This document shows, piece after piece, positions 9,097-19,360 of a DNA stretch of 64,000 nucleotides. Position 1 is the first letter of the stretch. The number at the start of each line of letters is the position of its first letter. This DNA comes from Verrucomicrobiota bacterium (lineage in GTDB: Bacteria > Verrucomicrobiota > Verrucomicrobiia > Limisphaerales > JAEYXS01). The position numbers and the translations under genes were made by a program. The notes below the pieces were generated by a model. The model did not search any database. It was given only the letters and a program-made list of their open reading frames with translations, and had not been told where the DNA came from. The DNA lies in contig JAURFH010000001.1 of NCBI GenBank assembly GCA_030834415.1, forward strand, positions 2,951 through 66,950, given 5' to 3'.

Positions 9097-11559
9097 TTAA
9101 CGCATCACCGCGTTGAGCTTGGTGGTGAGCTGCTTTAGCAAACCTTCGTGCGCATTGTTCACTTCCGTGTCCGTCAACGTCTTGTCCGCGCCACGATACG
9201 TAAAGGCATACGCCAGGCTCTTCTGTCCCTCAGGCACATTCTTGCCACGGAACACATCGAACAATTCGACTGTTTCCAGATTTGCCGGCTTTGCCTGACG
9301 AACCACCGTAAGCACGGCGTCATGCGTGGTCGCCTCTGGAACCAGCATGGCCACATCGCGACGGCTGCCCGGGAATTGCGGCAGTGATTTGAAGGAACGA
9401 GACGGATTGCGACGCTGCAATAATTGATCGAGATTCAGCTCGGCCACGAAGACCCCATCTCGCAGATCATACTTCTTCGCCAACGGTGGCAGCACCTGAC
9501 CAAATTCACCCAACGGGAGCTTGCCGAGTTGAATGGTCCCCGACTCAAGGAACAAGTCGGTTGTGCCGTCGCGGCGCGAAAAGCCAAAGCCACGCAGACC
9601 GAACGATTCCAGTAAATCTTCCAGTACACCTTTGAGATCGTAAGCATCAAACTTCGCCTCACGCTCTTCACCGCTCCAGAAGTTTTGCATCCGTTGGCCG
9701 GTCAAAGCGATGGCCACCCGACGTTCCTCCTTGGTGGCCGCACCATTTTGCACGAACACCCGCCCCACCTCGAACAAAGCCACGTCATAATTCTTGTGAC
9801 TGACATTGTGCCGCAGTGAATCCAACAGTCCGGGCAAGAGACTTGGGCGCAGCACGTTCATGTCGCTGCTCAGAGGATTCGATAGGGCCACCAAAGAATC
9901 GCCTACTGTCACCAGCTTGGCGGCGCTGTCGGCGATGAGCGTCTGGCCCTGCGCTTCATTCAATCCTAGGCCGACCAAAATGCGACGCACTTCAGCCAGT
10001 TGATCATGCACTGAATCATACGGATGCGCACCGATGGCCCCGCGAGGCGGTGTGGCCGGGATCTTGTCCACGCCATACATACGCACGATCTCTTCGATGA
10101 GATCAATCTCACGTTTTAGATCCACACGATAGGTCGGGATACGGAAAGTGCTCGAATGTGGCATACGCACGCCGGTGGACGGGGCGATACCCGGAGCAGT
10201 CTCCATCTCCAAACCCAGATTCATCAGATAGCCGACTTGCTGCTCAATCGGAATATCAATACCAACAACAATCCCCACCTGAGTATGGCGAAGCGTGATG
10301 TCCTTGGGCTCAATCGCTTGGGGGCATACATCCACCACGCCCTCAGCCAGTTGCCCACCGGCTGTCTGCAAGATGAGCTGCGCAGCGCGAAGACTTGCCC
10401 AATCGCAGATACCGATATCACCACCCCGCTCGAAGCGGTAGGAAGAATCCGTGCGCAGATCCAATTTCTTGGAGGTGGCCCGGATGTTCTGCGGCTTGAA
10501 GTAAGCGCTCTCGATCAGCACGTCCACCGTCTGGTCGTTGATCTCTGTGTTCAGACCGCCCATCACACCTGCTAGCGCGATGCCCTTCTGTTCATCTGCG
10601 ATGAGCAGGTTCTCCGTCGTCAAAGTCCGCTCGACATCATCCAACGTCTTGAACTTCTCACCTTCAGTCGCACGACGCACAACGATGGTCGGTTTGCCCT
10701 CTGCGCCCTTGGCGATCAGATGATAGTCGAACGCATGCAACGGTTGGCCGATCTCCAACATCACATAGTTCGTCACATCGACGACATTGCTGATGCTCCG
10801 CAGGCCAACCTTCTCCAATGTCGCCCGCAGCCAGTCCGGACTCGGACCGACCTTCACACCTTTCACCACCCGGGCGGTGTAACGGGGACTCAATTCTGCA
10901 TCTTGGATCTGCACCGCTACCAGGTCAGCGGCTTTTTCGCTCGAAACCGATTGCGGCAGGGAAATACCCGGTAGCTTCAAAGGATTCCCCGTCAACGCAC
11001 TGATTTCACGTGCGATACCAATCACGCTGTTCCAGTCAGGACGGTTCGGGGTGGTTTCCAGATCATACACCACATCACTACCGGAACGACCGAGGTATTC
11101 GGCGAACGGCTGGCCGACCTTGGCCTCGGGCTTGAGTATGAGCAGACCATCCACCTGATCTGGCAGACCAAGCTCCTGCGGCGAACACATCATGCCGTGC
11201 GACTCCACGCTGCGGATCTTGCCCACCTTGATGGTGAATGGCTCCTTGTCACCCGGCTTCATCGGCAGCGAAGCACCCGGCAGGATGAGCGGCACTTTGT
11301 CACCCGCCTGAAAATTCTGCGCCCCGCACACGATCTGGCGCTCGCCCTTGCCGTCATTCACCCGGCAGACGGAGAGCTTGTCGGCATTCGGATGCTTGTC
11401 GCGCGTGATGACCTGCGCCACGACGATGCCCTCAAACTCGCCGCCGAGCTTCTGCACGCCTTCCACTTCCAGACCGATCATGGTCAACCGTTCGACCATC
11501 TCATCCGGCGACCAGTCAAAATCCACGTATTGTTTAAGCCAGTTGTAAGTAACTTTCAT
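9097..11559 (-). CDS. pheT: Phenylalanine--tRNA ligase beta subunit
   Basis: 820 aa. N-terminal tRNA-binding domain (MKVTYNWLKQYVD...), then B3/4 and B5 regions and the C-terminal ferredoxin-fold anticodon-binding domain. Colinear with bacterial PheT. No pheS lies adjacent. Confidence 0.95.
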   Translation of the reverse strand: MKVTYNWLKQYVDFDWSPDEMVERLTMIGLEVEGVQKLGGEFEGIVVAQVITRDKHPNADKLSVCRVNDGKGERQIVCGAQNFQAGDKVPLILPGASLPMKPGDKEPFTIKVGKIRSVESHGMMCSPQELGLPDQVDGLLILKPEAKVGQPFAEYLGRSGSDVVYDLETTPNRPDWNSVIGIAREISALTGNPLKLPGISLPQSVSSEKAADLVAVQIQDAELSPRYTARVVKGVKVGPSPDWLRATLEKVGLRSISNVVDVTNYVMLEIGQPLHAFDYHLIAKGAEGKPTIVVRRATEGEKFKTLDDVERTLTTENLLIADEQKGIALAGVMGGLNTEINDQTVDVLIESAYFKPQNIRATSKKLDLRTDSSYRFERGGDIGICDWASLRAAQLILQTAGGQLAEGVVDVCPQAIEPKDITLRHTQVGIVVGIDIPIEQQVGYLMNLGLEMETAPGIAPSTGVRMPHSSTFRIPTYRVDLKREIDLIEEIVRMYGVDKIPATPPRGAIGAHPYDSVHDQLAEVRRILVGLGLNEAQGQTLIADSAAKLVTVGDSLVALSNPLSSDMNVLRPSLLPGLLDSLRHNVSHKNYDVALFEVGRVFVQNGAATKEERRVAIALTGQRMQNFWSGEEREAKFDAYDLKGVLEDLLESFGLRGFGFSRRDGTTDLFLESGTIQLGKLPLGEFGQVLPPLAKKYDLRDGVFVAELNLDQLLQRRNPSRSFKSLPQFPGSRRDVAMLVPEATTHDAVLTVVRQAKPANLETVELFDVFRGKNVPEGQKSLAYAFTYRGADKTLTDTEVNNAHEGLLKQLTTKLNAVMR

Positions 11560-11636
11560 GACTCAGGTCGGAAACAATGGGAAGGTTCAGGCAAAAGGGA
11601 AAGCGGAAATTTAACCTCGTTTTCAACAAAACGGGC

Positions 11637-13460
11637 TTATCTTGACATCTTCAGCGTCACCATCCTCAGGTCCATTACGGCATTCTTCGCTTTTGCAAGG
11701 GGTCGCACACGCAAGGTATACCGCCCGGGCTTATCTAGCGTGATAGTCCCGATTTCCCGCGCCTTGAAATTCTGGAAATGCCCCGTGTCTTCCACAGTCA
11801 TCTTCAACTTCTGCTCACCCACACTGAATTCCACCTCACTACCGCCCTGCCCTGTACCACAGCCTTGCAACGGCTCTACGGTGAACTTGCCCGGCTTGGT
11901 CACCGTGAAATCCCAGCTCACGGAATCCTCCGACCGCACCCAGAAGCCGAGCGTGTTCTTATGCGGCAACGGTTCATATCGCACCATCGTGCCATGGATA
12001 TCAGCATACTTGGCCAAGAGCGTGATATCTCCTTTCGGAGACTGTGGATTCGGTTTGAACTCCGGATTCTCATCCATCATCTGCGCTTTGGTATCGCGAC
12101 GCCACTGATCCAGCTTCCGTTGCAAGCGCGTTGCTATTGCTTTCTGGTCTTCTACCAGATTACGTGCCTCGCCCTTGTCCTTCCGCACATCAAACAGTTC
12201 CCAGCGCCCATCATCGTAGAATTCGATCAGCTTCCAATCGCCCTCGCGTATTACCCCGCCCGGCCGTCCCCCTTGATTGCTGTAATGTGGATAATGCCAA
12301 TACAGCGCATCACGCTTGGGGGCGGTTCCATCCTTGAGCAATCCAGCCAAGCTGACTCCATCAGGCTTGACTCCCCTGGGCATCGGCGTGCCGGTCACTT
12401 CCAAAATGGTGGGATACAAATCGATTGAGCTCACAGGAACTGGCGAAACCGTGCCCGCCTTGGTCACACCGGGCCACTTGATGATCCACGGTACCCGGAT
12501 ACCGCCCTCGTAGAGAAAACCTTTACCCTCACGCAGAGGACTATTGATTGTCGCCGGCGTGTTCGGGCCTTCAATGACACTGAGGCCGCCATTATCCGAT
12601 GTGAAGACCACCAAGGTATTGTCGGCCAGCTTCAAGTCCTCCAACTTCTGCATCACTCGTCCTACACTCTGATCCACCGACTCAATCATCGCAGCATAGA
12701 TCGCATTCGTCTGTTTTCCCACACCACCCTCATTCTTGTATTTATCCACCAACTCCTGTTTCGCCTTGAGCGGGATATGCACGGCGTAGTGCGAAAGATA
12801 TATAAAGAATGGCTTGGATTTATTCGCCTCGATGAACTTCTCCGCCTCCGTGGTCAACCGATCGGTGAGATACTCGCCGGAAGCGCCGTTATCCAGTCCC
12901 GGTATCTTGCGCTTGGCTCCATCCTTTTTGTTCACTGCTTCATATGGCGCGAAATAGTTCGCAGGCGAACCTGTGTGATCTCCGCCGATGTTGAGATCAA
13001 AACCCTGATCCTGAGGCAGAAAGCCGTCCCCTCCCAAATGCCACTTGCCGATATGTGCCGTGGCATAGCCATTCGCTTTCAGAGCCTCAGCCAGCGTTAC
13101 CTCCTCCAATGGCAGTTGCTGTTCAATTTCCGGCTTCAGCAACTTCTGATCCGGTCGATCTCCACGACCTGGCAGCCAATCTGTCAGATGCAATCTGGCG
13201 GGATATTTGCCCGTCATGATACTTGCCCGGGTCGGTGAACAGACAGGACACGCGGCATAGCCATCCGTGAAACGCACGCCCTCCGCTGCCAGTTTGTCTA
13301 CATTAGGAGTCTTGTAGAACTTGCTCCCGTAGCAACTCGCATCAGACCAACCGTAATCATCTATCAGTACGATGATGACATTGGGCTTTCCAACCGCCCA
13401 AGCTGCTTGCGCCCACAAGGCCACCAATACGGCACCAAACACTACGGCCAATCGCTTCAT
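11637..13460 (-). CDS. Secreted sulfatase (formylglycine-dependent) with extra C-terminal beta-rich domain
   Basis: 607 aa with a signal peptide. Carries the CSPTRASIMTG (C-x-P-x-R) formylglycine motif, and GKWHLG. The roughly 130-aa C-terminal extension is not part of the sulfatase fold. Confidence 0.9.
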   Translation of the reverse strand: MKRLAVVFGAVLVALWAQAAWAVGKPNVIIVLIDDYGWSDASCYGSKFYKTPNVDKLAAEGVRFTDGYAACPVCSPTRASIMTGKYPARLHLTDWLPGRGDRPDQKLLKPEIEQQLPLEEVTLAEALKANGYATAHIGKWHLGGDGFLPQDQGFDLNIGGDHTGSPANYFAPYEAVNKKDGAKRKIPGLDNGASGEYLTDRLTTEAEKFIEANKSKPFFIYLSHYAVHIPLKAKQELVDKYKNEGGVGKQTNAIYAAMIESVDQSVGRVMQKLEDLKLADNTLVVFTSDNGGLSVIEGPNTPATINSPLREGKGFLYEGGIRVPWIIKWPGVTKAGTVSPVPVSSIDLYPTILEVTGTPMPRGVKPDGVSLAGLLKDGTAPKRDALYWHYPHYSNQGGRPGGVIREGDWKLIEFYDDGRWELFDVRKDKGEARNLVEDQKAIATRLQRKLDQWRRDTKAQMMDENPEFKPNPQSPKGDITLLAKYADIHGTMVRYEPLPHKNTLGFWVRSEDSVSWDFTVTKPGKFTVEPLQGCGTGQGGSEVEFSVGEQKLKMTVEDTGHFQNFKAREIGTITLDKPGRYTLRVRPLAKAKNAVMDLRMVTLKMSR

Positions 13461-13461
13461 A

Positions 13462-15213
13462 TCATTTCACCTTCTTCACTTCGATATAGAATGCGCCACG
13501 TTCGGTGCCGGACGATTCATCCTTTAGCCAAGTTTCCATCTTGGCTTCGCCTTTGGGCAATTTCAGTGTCAGCTTTGTTTCCGTCACTCCGCCAGACACC
13601 CGCCCCTTGACCATCACTTCACCCACCTTAACTCGCGCCTCGGTGGCTTGTAGCGGAAACTTTGCGACTTCTGGTTTATGTCGCAGTGTGAATTCATATG
13701 TACCTGCCGATTGCACATCCACCATCCAATAGCCATTAGCCACCGGCATTCGGTTGATCATATCTTGATTCCAGGGTATCTGCGGCTGCTCCGCATGCCA
13801 GTCCATGCAATTGACGAAGGTCGGATTATCCTGTGGTGCTCCAAGCGTGATCCAGCCATAGCGTTCGAAGCTCGGCTCCAGCGTCTTCCACCATTGTTCA
13901 TACTCGGCCGTTAGCTTGGCCACGACATCCGGGTGCTCTGCGGCGACATTTTTGCCCTGACCGACATCATTTTTGATATCATACAATTCCTTGCCATGCA
14001 CCAGCCGCCATTGCGGCGTCAGCACCGCGCTGTTCTTCCACTTAGGTGGAATCTCCTCGCGCTGAGTATGAACGAAGAATGTGCGCTCCGGCCAGTCTTT
14101 GGTATCCCCCTTCAGCAAAGGCACCAGACTGCGCCCATCTAACGGGTTCTTCTCCTTAAATTTCAATCCGCACAAATCCACCAGCGTCGGGAACACATCC
14201 ACATGCGCCGCGATCTGCGTCACATCTTTGCCACCGCCAATGCCACCTTTTGGCCAGCGGATGAAAAACGGCACCCTGTGCCCACCATCATACGGCGACC
14301 CCTTCGTTGCGCGCATTCCGGCATTGAAGCCTGACCATGAAGCCGACTCGGCGGCTTTCTTCCCCTTACCGCCCGGATTAACTTTGGCCACTCCCGCCGC
14401 CGTGCCATTATCCGTCATGAAGATCAGCACAGTGTTCTCTTCCAGTCCCCACTCTTTCAACTTACTCATGAGTCGCCCCATGTTCTCATCGAACTCTTCG
14501 ATCATTCCGTAGAAGTTAGCCATCGTAGCTGGCACCCCCTTCTTGCGATAATATTCGCTATACTTCTCCGCGACATTGTATGGCCCATGCGGAACATTCG
14601 TTGGCAGGTAAACGAAGAATGGCTTTTCTTTGTTCTTCTGGATGAAGCTTAAAGCCCCATTGAAAAACACATCCGTGCAATATCCCTTCTGCGGCTCCAC
14701 TTTGCCGTTGTGCCAGTAAGTATCATCAAAGTAATCGTTCCCCCAATAATCTGGCGTCTGCCCCACACCACCACCACCGTGCGCCAACACCTCATCAAAT
14801 CCCCTGTCCTGCGGACGCATAGGGTATGAGTCGCCCAAGTGCCACTTGCCAAACATCGCTGTCTGATATTTGTTCGCCTTGAAGACATTCGCCACCGTCA
14901 CCTCGTCATGGTACATCAGCGAACGGCCCATGATCGTATGCCACACCCCAGTTCTTGTGGAATAGCGTCCAGTCATCAGCGCCGAACGCGTAGGGGAACA
15001 TGTCGGATCTACATGAAAATCCGTTAAACGCACTGACTGCCCGTACAGCTTGTCCAAGTTAGGCGTACGGATCATCGTGTTGCCGTGCGCTCCCACATCG
15101 CCATACCCTTGGTCATCGGTCATCACAAGGATGACATTGGGCGGACGCTGCGCCGCAGTGGCATTCACCACCAGCACAGACAAAAAAGTAAAGAGTATAG
15201 CTAGACGTTTCAT
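13462..15213 (-). CDS. Secreted sulfatase (formylglycine-dependent)
   Basis: 583 aa with a signal peptide, CSPTRSALMTG motif, DDQGYGD and GKWHLG. Its stop lies 1 nt from the start of the downstream sulfatase. Confidence 0.9.
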   Translation of the reverse strand: MKRLAILFTFLSVLVVNATAAQRPPNVILVMTDDQGYGDVGAHGNTMIRTPNLDKLYGQSVRLTDFHVDPTCSPTRSALMTGRYSTRTGVWHTIMGRSLMYHDEVTVANVFKANKYQTAMFGKWHLGDSYPMRPQDRGFDEVLAHGGGGVGQTPDYWGNDYFDDTYWHNGKVEPQKGYCTDVFFNGALSFIQKNKEKPFFVYLPTNVPHGPYNVAEKYSEYYRKKGVPATMANFYGMIEEFDENMGRLMSKLKEWGLEENTVLIFMTDNGTAAGVAKVNPGGKGKKAAESASWSGFNAGMRATKGSPYDGGHRVPFFIRWPKGGIGGGKDVTQIAAHVDVFPTLVDLCGLKFKEKNPLDGRSLVPLLKGDTKDWPERTFFVHTQREEIPPKWKNSAVLTPQWRLVHGKELYDIKNDVGQGKNVAAEHPDVVAKLTAEYEQWWKTLEPSFERYGWITLGAPQDNPTFVNCMDWHAEQPQIPWNQDMINRMPVANGYWMVDVQSAGTYEFTLRHKPEVAKFPLQATEARVKVGEVMVKGRVSGGVTETKLTLKLPKGEAKMETWLKDESSGTERGAFYIEVKKVK

Positions 15214-15713
15214 AGTTTCAGCGGCTCCACCACTTCACCCTTCGTATTGATATAGCCGTAACCCTCCTTGATGATGCGCACCCGCGCTTTGCCATCCTTG
15301 AAAGGTTCTGCCTCATCAAACTTCGGCTCCACGATGTATTTACCCGTTTTGTCGATATACCCCAGTTTGCCCTTGGATTTCTCCGTCACTTCCATGCGAA
15401 CGGCGGCGATGCCTTCTGAAAAGGCATAGGCCTCATCAAACTTCGGCTCGATGACCATCTTGCCAGTAAGATCGATATAACCCCACTTCGTGTTCGGGTA
15501 TGCCCCCAGCCCGACTGGTGCCAAACCTTCGGAGAACTCGCTCGCGAAATCGAATTTCGGTTCCACGATCACTACCCGTTTCCGATCGCGATAACCAAAC
15601 TTCCCATCTTTGGAAAAAGGCATGGGCGGCCGGTCAGCCGCCCATACCATCGTTAAAGACAACAAAAGTGCCCCGAGTGTGAGGCTCCAGCTTTTTCCCT
15701 TCTTCTGTATCAT
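15210..15713 (-). CDS. WG-repeat (KWG-like) secreted protein
   Basis: 167 aa with a signal peptide. Three to four repeats of G(K/W)(F/W/L)GY(I/R)D..GK.V(I/V)EPKFD.A..FSEG.A. Overlaps the sulfatase start by 4 nt. Confidence 0.75.
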   Translation of the reverse strand: MIQKKGKSWSLTLGALLLSLTMVWAADRPPMPFSKDGKFGYRDRKRVVIVEPKFDFASEFSEGLAPVGLGAYPNTKWGYIDLTGKMVIEPKFDEAYAFSEGIAAVRMEVTEKSKGKLGYIDKTGKYIVEPKFDEAEPFKDGKARVRIIKEGYGYINTKGEVVEPLKL

Positions 15714-15730
15714 GACATACTGTCCTGTGT

Positions 15731-16315
15731 TCAGGCCGCTTTCTTTTTCTCCAATGCTGCCGCCGCTTCATCCAGCAGCTTGATCCACGGTCCCACGAAG
15801 TAACCGTTATCGTGGAACGTGCGTCCACTCACCAAGTTGCCATCGATAACGCATGGCTCGTTCACATAAATGCCGCCGCAGATCTCGAGGTCGAACTTGC
15901 ACTTGCCCACCGTCGCCATGCGACGTCCCTTCACGCAATCCGCCCGGGCCGGGATCTCCACACCGTGGCACACGCTCGCCACCGGCTTGTTTTTCGCAAA
16001 GAAATCCTTGGTGATGCGCAGTAAATCCTCATCCTCACGGATATACTCCGGCGCGCGTCCGCCACTGAAAAAGATGCCCAGATACTCGTCCGGATTGATG
16101 TCCTTGAAAGCGATCTCGGCTTCGATGGAATACCCCTCCCATTCCTTCGTGATCGTCCAACCCGGTTTCACCTCGTGCAACACCATCTGGTAGCGCCGCT
16201 TCTCCGGCGCCGCGACCACCGGTTGGTAGCCGCCTTCGATCAGACGGTAAAATGGATACAACGTGTCCACGGTTTCCGTGGCATCACCGACGATGACTAA
16301 TACTTTGTGCTTCAT
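15731..16315 (-). CDS. DJ-1/PfpI family protein
   Basis: 194 aa. Flavodoxin-like class I glutamine-amidotransferase-like fold with nucleophile elbow VASVCHG and the typical FFSGGRAPE segment. Confidence 0.85.
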   Translation of the reverse strand: MKHKVLVIVGDATETVDTLYPFYRLIEGGYQPVVAAPEKRRYQMVLHEVKPGWTITKEWEGYSIEAEIAFKDINPDEYLGIFFSGGRAPEYIREDEDLLRITKDFFAKNKPVASVCHGVEIPARADCVKGRRMATVGKCKFDLEICGGIYVNEPCVIDGNLVSGRTFHDNGYFVGPWIKLLDEAAAALEKKKAA

Positions 16316-16465
16316 GTGAATGAATATTTAATCCCTTTGTTATCCTCGGTTGGCGGCTTTGCTGCAAGGCATTTGCTCGCAACTTCACCCCATGCAAGGC
16401 CAAATCCAACAAAGGAACTAGCGTGCCTTTTCCAGATTATTTAGCGCATTCCGTGGTTTACCGTC

Positions 16466-18763
16466 CTACTTCTCCCGCATCACCCACACCCCCGTCCAGT
16501 CATCCGGGGGCGGCTCCGCTTTCAGCTTGCGGCACCGATCCGCATAAAGCAGGCAGATGCGGTCTTCCTTGTTCAATTCGTAGGCCGACTCAAATGACTG
16601 CAACGCCTTATCCCAATCACCCCGGCGATAAAGCATCAACCCGCGATTAAATGCCTCCAGCACCGCCTCCATGTTTGGGAAAGTGTCAGGTGTATGGTAG
16701 TCCAGCACTTCATATATGCCCACCGGCTCGCTCTTCCCCTTCACCACGACTTTGTCCACATCACGCAACCGGAACTTCCCGTGCAACTTCCGCATCGTGA
16801 ATTCACTGATGAGGATGCGCGCATGATACTGCTTGCACGCGCTCTCTAATCGTGCCGCCAGGTTCACACCGTCACCGATCATCGTATAATCCTGTCGCCT
16901 CGCTGATCCAATAGGCCCCGCCACAACGCGGTCCGTGTTCAACCCGATACCGATCTCAATCGGCTTCTCTCCCCGCTCCTTACGGAGTTTGTTGAATTTC
17001 TCCAGCTTCTGGATCATGTCGATGGCTGCCCTCATTCCCCGGTCTTCATCATCATCATGCGCCACTAGCGTACCAAAGCCCGCCATAAGCGCATCCCCGA
17101 TGAACTTATCCAGCATGCCACCCTCGCGTTGGATACACTCCACCATGATTTCGAAATACTCGTTCAGCAGGTTCACCGTTCCTTGCGGCCCCAGCGATTC
17201 CGTCAGGCTGGTAAAATTACGGATATCCGCGAACAACACCGTCACGATCGCACTGCGCCCCTCATCCACCACCCCACCGCCAGCCAGCAGCTTGTCCGCC
17301 AGTTCCGGGTCCATATAGCGCGTCATGGTGGATTTCATGCGTTTGGCAGAGCTGATGTCTTCCAGCAGCAACATCGTGCCCAATCGCTTGTGTTCCATAT
17401 CGAAAAGCGGTTGCACCGTGGCATTCACGGAACGCATCTCCTCACGACACTTCAATTCCTCATCTTCAACAGATTCGGTCGTCTCTGTCTTTTCCACCCG
17501 CTCGATTTTTTCAAGCAACCAATGGTTATCCTTGGTGAAAAACTCTTGCACCGTCTTGCCCACAGTGTCTTCCGGCAACGAACCCAGGATGCGGTAACCC
17601 GCCCGGTTGCACGTGATGATTTGACCGCTTTCATCCAGCGTGATCACTCCGTTGGACATGCTCTCCAGCATGCTCTCGTTGTAATTCTTCATGCTCTGGA
17701 TATCGGCGAAGAGCTTCGCATTCTCCAACGCCAGAGAGATACGCGCACTAAAAGCCCGCAAACGCGTCTCGTCTTCCGTGGTAAAGACCCCGCCTGACTT
17801 GTTCAAGGCCTGCACTGAACCGATGCTCAGCCCCTGTTTATTGATGACCGGCACGCACAGTATGCTCCGGGTGAAATACCCTGTCTTCTTGTCCACTGTC
17901 GGGTTGAAGCGCAGATCTGCATAAGCATAGGGGATATTGACTGATTTCCCTGAGGTAAAAACCGCCCCGGCGATACCCAAGTGATTCGGGAAACGTATTT
18001 GCGTGCTCTTCAACCCTGTACCTACCTCAGCCCACAGTTCCTTGGTCTTCTCATCGTTCAGGAACAGCGTAGCCCGGTCCGCCTTCAACATCCTGCGAGC
18101 CTCGCCCATGATCTTCTGCAACAACGGTCCGAGGTCCAGCTCGGAAGCCACATCGGAAACGACATCCAGAAACTCAAGTTCCTGCTCACGCGAACGCTGG
18201 ATTCTTTCCGCCTGCTGGTGACTCTGCAAGGTGATGGCCGCCTGGCTGGTGATCGCTTCCAGCACGGACAAATCCTGGCGGCTGAATTCGCCCCCCACCC
18301 TGTTCAGCACCTGAACAACACCGATGATTTCGCCTTTAAGTGTCTTGATCGGTGCACTCAGGATGCTCCGGGTGAGATAACCTGTCTGCCGGTCAATGGT
18401 GCGGTCGAACCGCTCATCCGAATACGCATCTGGGATGATCACTCCCTCACCATGCGTATAGACATGACCGGCGACGCCATGCGTGTTGAGGATTCGGATT
18501 TCCCGGCTGATGTTCCCCAGCGCGATCCGCGAATAAAGCTCCCCCGTTTGCGGATCATTCAGAAAGAGGGAACCGCGCTCTGCATGCGTTTGCTCAACAC
18601 TCAACCGTACCAGCACTTCCAGCACTTCATCCAGCGTCTCGATGGCTGAGACTTGCTGGCTGATGCCCAGAAGCATCTCCAGATGCCGCAGCTTCTTCTC
18701 GGTATTTGTGATACCATCAAGCCCGTGGATAATGGTGCGTTTTTTTGCCTTCGCTTTTCGCAT
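16466..18763 (-). CDS. GAF-GAF-PAS class III adenylate cyclase with C-terminal TPR-like tail
   Basis: 765 aa with two GAF-like modules and a PAS-like segment. The cyclase domain has VTVLFADIRNFT, DKFIGDALMA (Lys present) and YTMIGDGVNLAARLES, a Lys/Thr pattern typical of class IIIb adenylate cyclases. Confidence 0.88.
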   Translation of the reverse strand: MRKAKAKKRTIIHGLDGITNTEKKLRHLEMLLGISQQVSAIETLDEVLEVLVRLSVEQTHAERGSLFLNDPQTGELYSRIALGNISREIRILNTHGVAGHVYTHGEGVIIPDAYSDERFDRTIDRQTGYLTRSILSAPIKTLKGEIIGVVQVLNRVGGEFSRQDLSVLEAITSQAAITLQSHQQAERIQRSREQELEFLDVVSDVASELDLGPLLQKIMGEARRMLKADRATLFLNDEKTKELWAEVGTGLKSTQIRFPNHLGIAGAVFTSGKSVNIPYAYADLRFNPTVDKKTGYFTRSILCVPVINKQGLSIGSVQALNKSGGVFTTEDETRLRAFSARISLALENAKLFADIQSMKNYNESMLESMSNGVITLDESGQIITCNRAGYRILGSLPEDTVGKTVQEFFTKDNHWLLEKIERVEKTETTESVEDEELKCREEMRSVNATVQPLFDMEHKRLGTMLLLEDISSAKRMKSTMTRYMDPELADKLLAGGGVVDEGRSAIVTVLFADIRNFTSLTESLGPQGTVNLLNEYFEIMVECIQREGGMLDKFIGDALMAGFGTLVAHDDDEDRGMRAAIDMIQKLEKFNKLRKERGEKPIEIGIGLNTDRVVAGPIGSARRQDYTMIGDGVNLAARLESACKQYHARILISEFTMRKLHGKFRLRDVDKVVVKGKSEPVGIYEVLDYHTPDTFPNMEAVLEAFNRGLMLYRRGDWDKALQSFESAYELNKEDRICLLYADRCRKLKAEPPPDDWTGVWVMREK

Positions 18764-18779
18764 GAATGCTGATTCTCAA

Positions 18780-19211
18780 TTAATTTGCTTTCTGGTCCAG
18801 TTGATCCCGAAGCGCCTGCACCGTGGCTTTCAACTGCTCCACTTCCGCCCTTGATGCTGTGCGGGTTTGCTGCACAGCCTGTTCCTTCTCAAAATGAGAA
18901 TCATCTAAAACCTGACGCAGTTTGTGCACGGTTTCCTGAAGCTGATTGATTTCCGATTGCGCGCCAGCAATTGCCGCCTGCACCGCCTTTTGCTTTTCAA
19001 ACTCCATGGCATCCATTTCATCGCGCAACACTTGGATAGTCTGTCGCAGCTGGGCCATTTCCACATTACATTCAGCGATGGCGGATTGACGCACCTGCTG
19101 CTTGTCGAAGCGTAAAGATGAGACTTCCTCCTCGAGTTGAGTGATACGACGTTTCAACTCGACTGAATCCCTGGCCGTAGTATCCGGCCCGCCTGTATGC
19201 TTGTTCGCCAA
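18780..19211 (-). CDS. Coiled-coil protein built from 36-aa tandem repeats
   Basis: 143 aa. Residues 23-143 form 3.4 copies of a 36-aa unit: ITQLEEEVSSLRFDKQQVRQSAIAECNVEMAQLRQT, IQVLRDEMDAMEFEKQKAVQAAIAGAQSEINQLQET, VHKLRQVLDDSHFEKEQAVQQTRTASRAEVEQLKAT and VQALRDQLDQ. The stop is 17 nt upstream of the cyclase start. Confidence 0.65.
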   Translation of the reverse strand: MANKHTGGPDTTARDSVELKRRITQLEEEVSSLRFDKQQVRQSAIAECNVEMAQLRQTIQVLRDEMDAMEFEKQKAVQAAIAGAQSEINQLQETVHKLRQVLDDSHFEKEQAVQQTRTASRAEVEQLKATVQALRDQLDQKAN

Positions 19212-19360
19212 AGGAACTGGGTTAAGCTCCGCAGTGCAGTCACATTGGAGTTGTGGAACAGTTTCCTTATCTGTGCCAACTGGCTGACTGGCAAGGAAAT
19301 AAGCATCCGCTCTGCCATTGCTTTACCATCACAAACCGATATGATTCTGTTTCCATAATC

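Noticed and set aside
11197-12108. 303-aa plus-strand ORF spanning the pheT 5' end and the sulfatase 3' end
   Set aside because: It crosses an intergenic region and two well-supported minus-strand genes. I saw no domain signal.
12286-12294. Perfect DnaA-box-like word TGTGGATAA
   Set aside because: It is a single occurrence inside a sulfatase gene. There is no cluster, no AT-rich unwinding element, and no dnaA or dnaN nearby, so it is not an origin.
19253-19360. 36-aa N-terminal extension of the propeller-cytochrome ORF
   Set aside because: The Cys/His-rich leader precedes the obvious hydrophobic signal segment. The ATG at 19361 gives a normal signal peptide position. The start remains uncertain.
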